From the NCBI GenBank assembly GCA_965178125.1, contig OZ237748.1, positions 558,001 through 622,000 on the forward strand: a DNA stretch of 64,000 nt, in the 5' to 3' direction. Origin of the DNA: Bilabrum cf. latius (Eukaryota). The notes beneath the pieces were generated by a model that made no database searches, was not told where the DNA came from, and saw nothing but the letters and a program-made list of their open reading frames with translations. Of this stretch, positions 59,651 through 64,000 are shown piece after piece. Position 1 is the stretch's first letter; each line of letters opens with the position of its first letter. The position numbers and the translations under genes are program-made.

Positions 59651-60194
59651 TCCAAAATTATATCACAACAACCAGCACGGTGAATTCCAAGCAGGTTGGA
59701 AGATGGCCAATGTGCCACCGGGCCGCACCGCGGTGCCACCGCCTCCTGGTGCACTTCTAATGTCACCTTTCAATTCAATATTACAGAGTTTTGCAAAGGT
59801 GCAGGCTCGTGCTGCTGAGTTTGCGGGTGGTGCCACGGAGGAGCAGGTAGCCGATATCGGAGCTAATGGACTTCAGTTGGGACAGGATGCTAACGATGCA
59901 CCCAGAAATATAGACAATGCGGCGGATCCGGGAGTAGCGCAAGGGCAACTCGCTCAAGCCGACCCGGGTGCCGGTGCCGAAAGTTGAAGAACTTTCGATA
60001 AGTTTTGTTATGTGTGATTATCTCAATACGTTATTTACGGACGGTGCAGGCAAAATAATAATTTGGTGCATCAAAATGATTCAGTTTTACACAGACAGGT
60101 GCAGGTTTTGGTGTGTGTAATCCCATTATCTCAACACGTAATTTACGGAAGCTTCCGTCAGGTTCCGTCGGGATCCTCCTCATGAACCTAGACC

Positions 60195-63100
60195 TCATCC
60201 CTAGGCCTCCTCCAGCAGCTTCACGCAATCGTCGTGCCCACCCAGCCTGGCTGCCTCCAGTGGAAGTACCAGCCTAGAAGTCACATCTTCAATCATCGCA
60301 TTTCCCTTCATCTCCAACCCACCAGCCAGCTTACCAAGCCTCAGCCTCCTAGCCAGCTCCAAAGGCCTCCCCTCACTCGCCGCCTGGAACACCATCCCAG
60401 CGTCCCTCTTGGCCTCCACTGCCCACCTCCAGCACATGGCTCTCCGGACTCGTGATCGAATAAACGTCCGAATGGCGGCAGCAGTATCAGTCTTGCCCCA
60501 ACGGTGTGCATGTTCGGCGGGTGTCTTGCCACTCTGCTCGATCCAGTAAGCGAGAGAGAGGGGCACAGGATAGGGCGCGTGGTGGGGGTGGGTTGTGGGA
60601 GGGGTAATTGGTCGATCGCTGCTAGGACTCCTTGGGTTCATCGGGCAGCATGGTGGACAGATGGGAATTAAGTGTTGTTGTAAGACAGCTAGCCAAACTC
60701 ACATGGTCCTTAATGTCCCTGCGGGCCCCTGCTTCCATAAGGATGGTGGCGCAGGCGGTGAGGCCATTGCGTGCTGCTCCATGGAGCGGAACGTATCCAT
60801 GCTGCGGATGAGTCATACGGTACGGGCCGGCTATGATGCAACTTGGTTATCTGAAACAATGAGTACATCATCGGTCTTTGAGAGCTTGAATCCATGCCGC
60901 ATCTCAGCCACCGATATGCTCGGATACACGCAATAGAGGCCTGCTTGCACATGATCTTCACTAAACATATCATACAAAACTAAAGGAGCCTTCTCAAAGC
61001 GACCGGAAAATCACAATCCCGGGTCAGATGCGAGCAATTGGATCCTGGATCGACTCCTATCCCAGATTTTCGCACCCGAAATCACACCATTCACTTCCAA
61101 GCCGTCAACACAGCGGTAGCACCGCTAAGGGACCTCCCAGCGGGCCCCAAAGCCGAACAAACACACAAACACACAAACACACTCATACAATCCACCCCTT
61201 ACGATTCCGCTCTCACCTACTCATCAACCGCATTCACGTTTCCACCATTTTCAATAAGTATCTGCAGACAGTACTTACGCCCATTTCCAGATGCCGCATG
61301 AACGGGTGTATCGCCATTCTGCGACGGGAGAACGGGGAGACAGGGGGTGGGGGGTGCAGGGAGTGTGCTTGGGGTGAGCGTGCATGCGAGTATGAGTGTG
61401 TGCGTGGGACTGATGCTGGGGGTGCGGTGGCCGTGGTAAACACAGGGGGGCAGTGACTAGGAACCCTGGGGGCGTATTACTCGGATAGATTCCCGCTCAA
61501 GGCGCAAAATCGCCCATACTATAACCCATACAAACAAATGTTCATCGATATATCGCAGTATTTCATCCCAACAGGGACCAGCCTTGTCCTCTCAATCCGC
61601 CTGGGGGCTGAGATAGCTGAGGGGCCCTCACTACCTGAGATATACACACACGTGTTCAACTCCAACCTGCCAACGTAGCAGCACCGGGAAAGAGCCTCCC
61701 AGCGGGTCTCGAATCGAGGAGTGGCCAATCCAAATACAAACAAACATCGGAACATAAACAACGCACAAGCACGCATACAGACAAGATCAACTTATCCCTT
61801 CATATAGTGCTCTCACCTTATTCGCCGCATTCACATCTCCCCCATTTTCAATCAGCATCCGCAAACAGTCGTTACACCCATTCGCGGATGCCGTATGAAC
61901 GGGTGTCGAGCCATCCTATGGGGGTGTAGGGTGGGCTTCGATGCGCATGCATTTGCGTGTGTGCCTTGGGTGGGTGAGGGGGGCCTTGGGGAGGGCATTT
62001 CTTGCACCCAAATATGTTTCAATTTCCCCCACTAAGGCACTGAGCAGCCAAGAGGTCCTCTGGAACAACGGGCGCCAGCCGCCTCGCTAGCTGTCGTGCA
62101 TAGGAACAGTTGCAGCACCAGTTCCAAAATGTATTCCTCTCACCTCATTCATCGTATTCACGTTTCCACCATTTGTAATAAGCAACCGCAGACAGTCATC
62201 ACGCCCTTTCTCAGATGCCGCATGAACAGGTGTCCAGCCATCCTGCGGTTTTGGGCTGAAATTCAGGGGGTGGGAGATTGCTTGGGACTGGTCTGCTGGG
62301 GGGGCGGGCGTGGGTGCGCACCGGTCCACACGCATTTGTAGTATACCATTCGCGCATAAACTGATATGTATCATTTGGAAGCTACCACTACCTGTTCCAG
62401 ATCAGGCAATGCCGAAAGAGACGAGCTGGTTGACTGAGTTCAAGCAACGAGCTGGACAAAATGCTGGAAACACTTCATACAGCATCCAGTTGAGGTATGC
62501 ATTACATAAAAGATAAACAGACACGCACACTCATCCACCACGCAAACCACCATCTCACATAAATCTACCCCTAAATGTATTTCGCTCACCTCATCCATCG
62601 TATTCACGTTTCCCCCGTTCTCAATAAGCACCCGCAGGCAGTCCTTGCGCCCACATGACGATGCCGCATGAGCAGCTGTGTAGCCGTCCTGCGGAAAGGC
62701 GATGGAAAACAGGCGGTGTTGGGAGCAAGAAAGGCGTGTGCCTGGAGTGGGTTTGAATGCGTCTGTGTGTGTGTGCATGGCGTGGTTGGTTGGGGTGCGG
62801 GGGTCCCGGGCAGGGTCAGCTGTTCGTTCGCGAACGTAAAGCTGGCGCGCACCGGTTGGAGTTGCTCTGATCTTTAGGGTCACAGTCCCCAGATGGATTC
62901 CCGCTCGAGTGACAATCGCCAAATCTGTAATCTAAACAAATACACACAATTGTGGCATTTCATACCAGCAAGGGCAGATCTCACCCTCTGCATCCGTTTA
63001 GGTGCCGAGATAGCCGAGGGGCGCTCTGGAGGCAAGAAATGCAGACGTCTAGCCGCCTGGGCCTACCAACCTCATTAACAACAAACCAGCCAGATAGACC

Positions 63101-63958
63101 GCATCAATGCCATAATGACAATGATATGTCCAGAAAGAATCTCGTTAAGCTCGACCTATCGGTGCCACCGGCCAGACAGTGCAGACCAAGCTGCACGCTC
63201 GTCACACAGGCCCGTGCTGTCATCGATCAAGAATTAAGCTTGTACATAGCTAGTACACCAATTTGACTAATCTAAATACATTTGCCTCAAAAATTTAGAC
63301 ACGATCCTAGTGCATCCACATCTCGCTAGCCAACACACATCTGCCTCACCCAGCTCGGGAGCCAGGTAGATCTAGGCAAGCCGCGGGGTTGAGCGATGGC
63401 AAAACTGCCTCGCGGCAATGTATGTGGTCGTGCAAGTTCAAATCGTACCAACAACAAAATCCAACTCATCCACACGATAGCAAGAACAATCGAATCTCCT
63501 CTAAGACCTCATCAGTCACCGGGGAGCACTTGCTCGGTGGCACGGCTCGATCGACGAGGAGCTAACTAGAGGCCACGTAGGCCACTTTAACCGATACAAA
63601 CAGCATTATGAACCCCCACTCCAAAGTATATACTACGAATATCACCTGCAAGCCGCCAAGGAGCATGTTGATAACGCACTCGTCACGATGCTAGACCTAT
63701 CCCCTGCTGATGGGCCGCCACTAATCGAGCTGAATCGGAGAACCAAACACATACCAGCAACAATTTTACAGAGGCGAAATTGATCAATACTGCATCCGCA
63801 CAACAACGGCGCATCAGCCAGGAAATCCAATCCGCCGTGTTGGGCAGGCACCCTCTCACCCAGTCGGCAGCATTCACGTTGGCACCCCGCTCGATGAGCA
63901 GCTTTAGACAGTCCATTTTGCCGTTGCATGCAGCCAACCATGCAGCTGTCCGACCACT
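60195..63958 (-). CDS. Ankyrin-repeat array gene 10 (5' end outside window); exons 63860-63958, 62590-62688, 62144-62242, 61817-61915, 61217-61318, 60703-60801, 60195-60533
   Basis: Exon types A,B,B,B,B,C. One exon is 102 nt and ends in TAG directly before the GT donor. The terminal exon ends TAG-GGA-TGA. Confidence 0.85.
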
Positions 63959-64000
63959 CTGCAATGCATCAAAGGAAGATAAAACCGTTAGTAGGTAGCC

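Noticed and set aside
59703-59987. 94-aa Ala/Gln/Asp-rich plus-strand ORF
   Set aside because: Low complexity with no motif, and it starts within the upstream region of gene 9.

Overview
This is eukaryotic nuclear DNA (GC-rich, with GT-AG spliceosomal introns), most likely from a protist; I cannot name the organism. The backbone is a head-to-tail minus-strand array of ten paralogous ankyrin-repeat genes. Nearly every internal exon is 99 nt long, in phase 0, and encodes exactly one 33-aa ankyrin repeat. The start codon is split AT|G by intron 1, and a shared terminal exon encodes a conserved 'WRRAVEAKRDA...LEAARLGGHDDCVKLL' domain. Exon number and the binding-surface residues vary between paralogues. 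The array is interspersed with mobile DNA: an Ngaro-like tyrosine-recombinase retroelement with split direct repeats and many terminal fragments, a CRE/SLACS-like non-LTR reverse transcriptase ORF, a non-autonomous hAT element, and several tandem duplications. It also holds a 5' fragment of RRP5 and a decayed protein kinase. The strongest cross-cutting signal is that TAG behaves as a sense codon, most likely Gln, while TAA and TGA terminate. The RT frame has 16 in-frame TAG and no TAA/TGA over about 700 codons, with TAG at the conserved Q of GVxQGxPLSP, and TAG also occupies the Q of the recombinase KT(D/N)Q motif. The supplied ORF track is therefore fragmented by both the genetic code and the introns. 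All gene models were read by eye and need RNA-seq confirmation.
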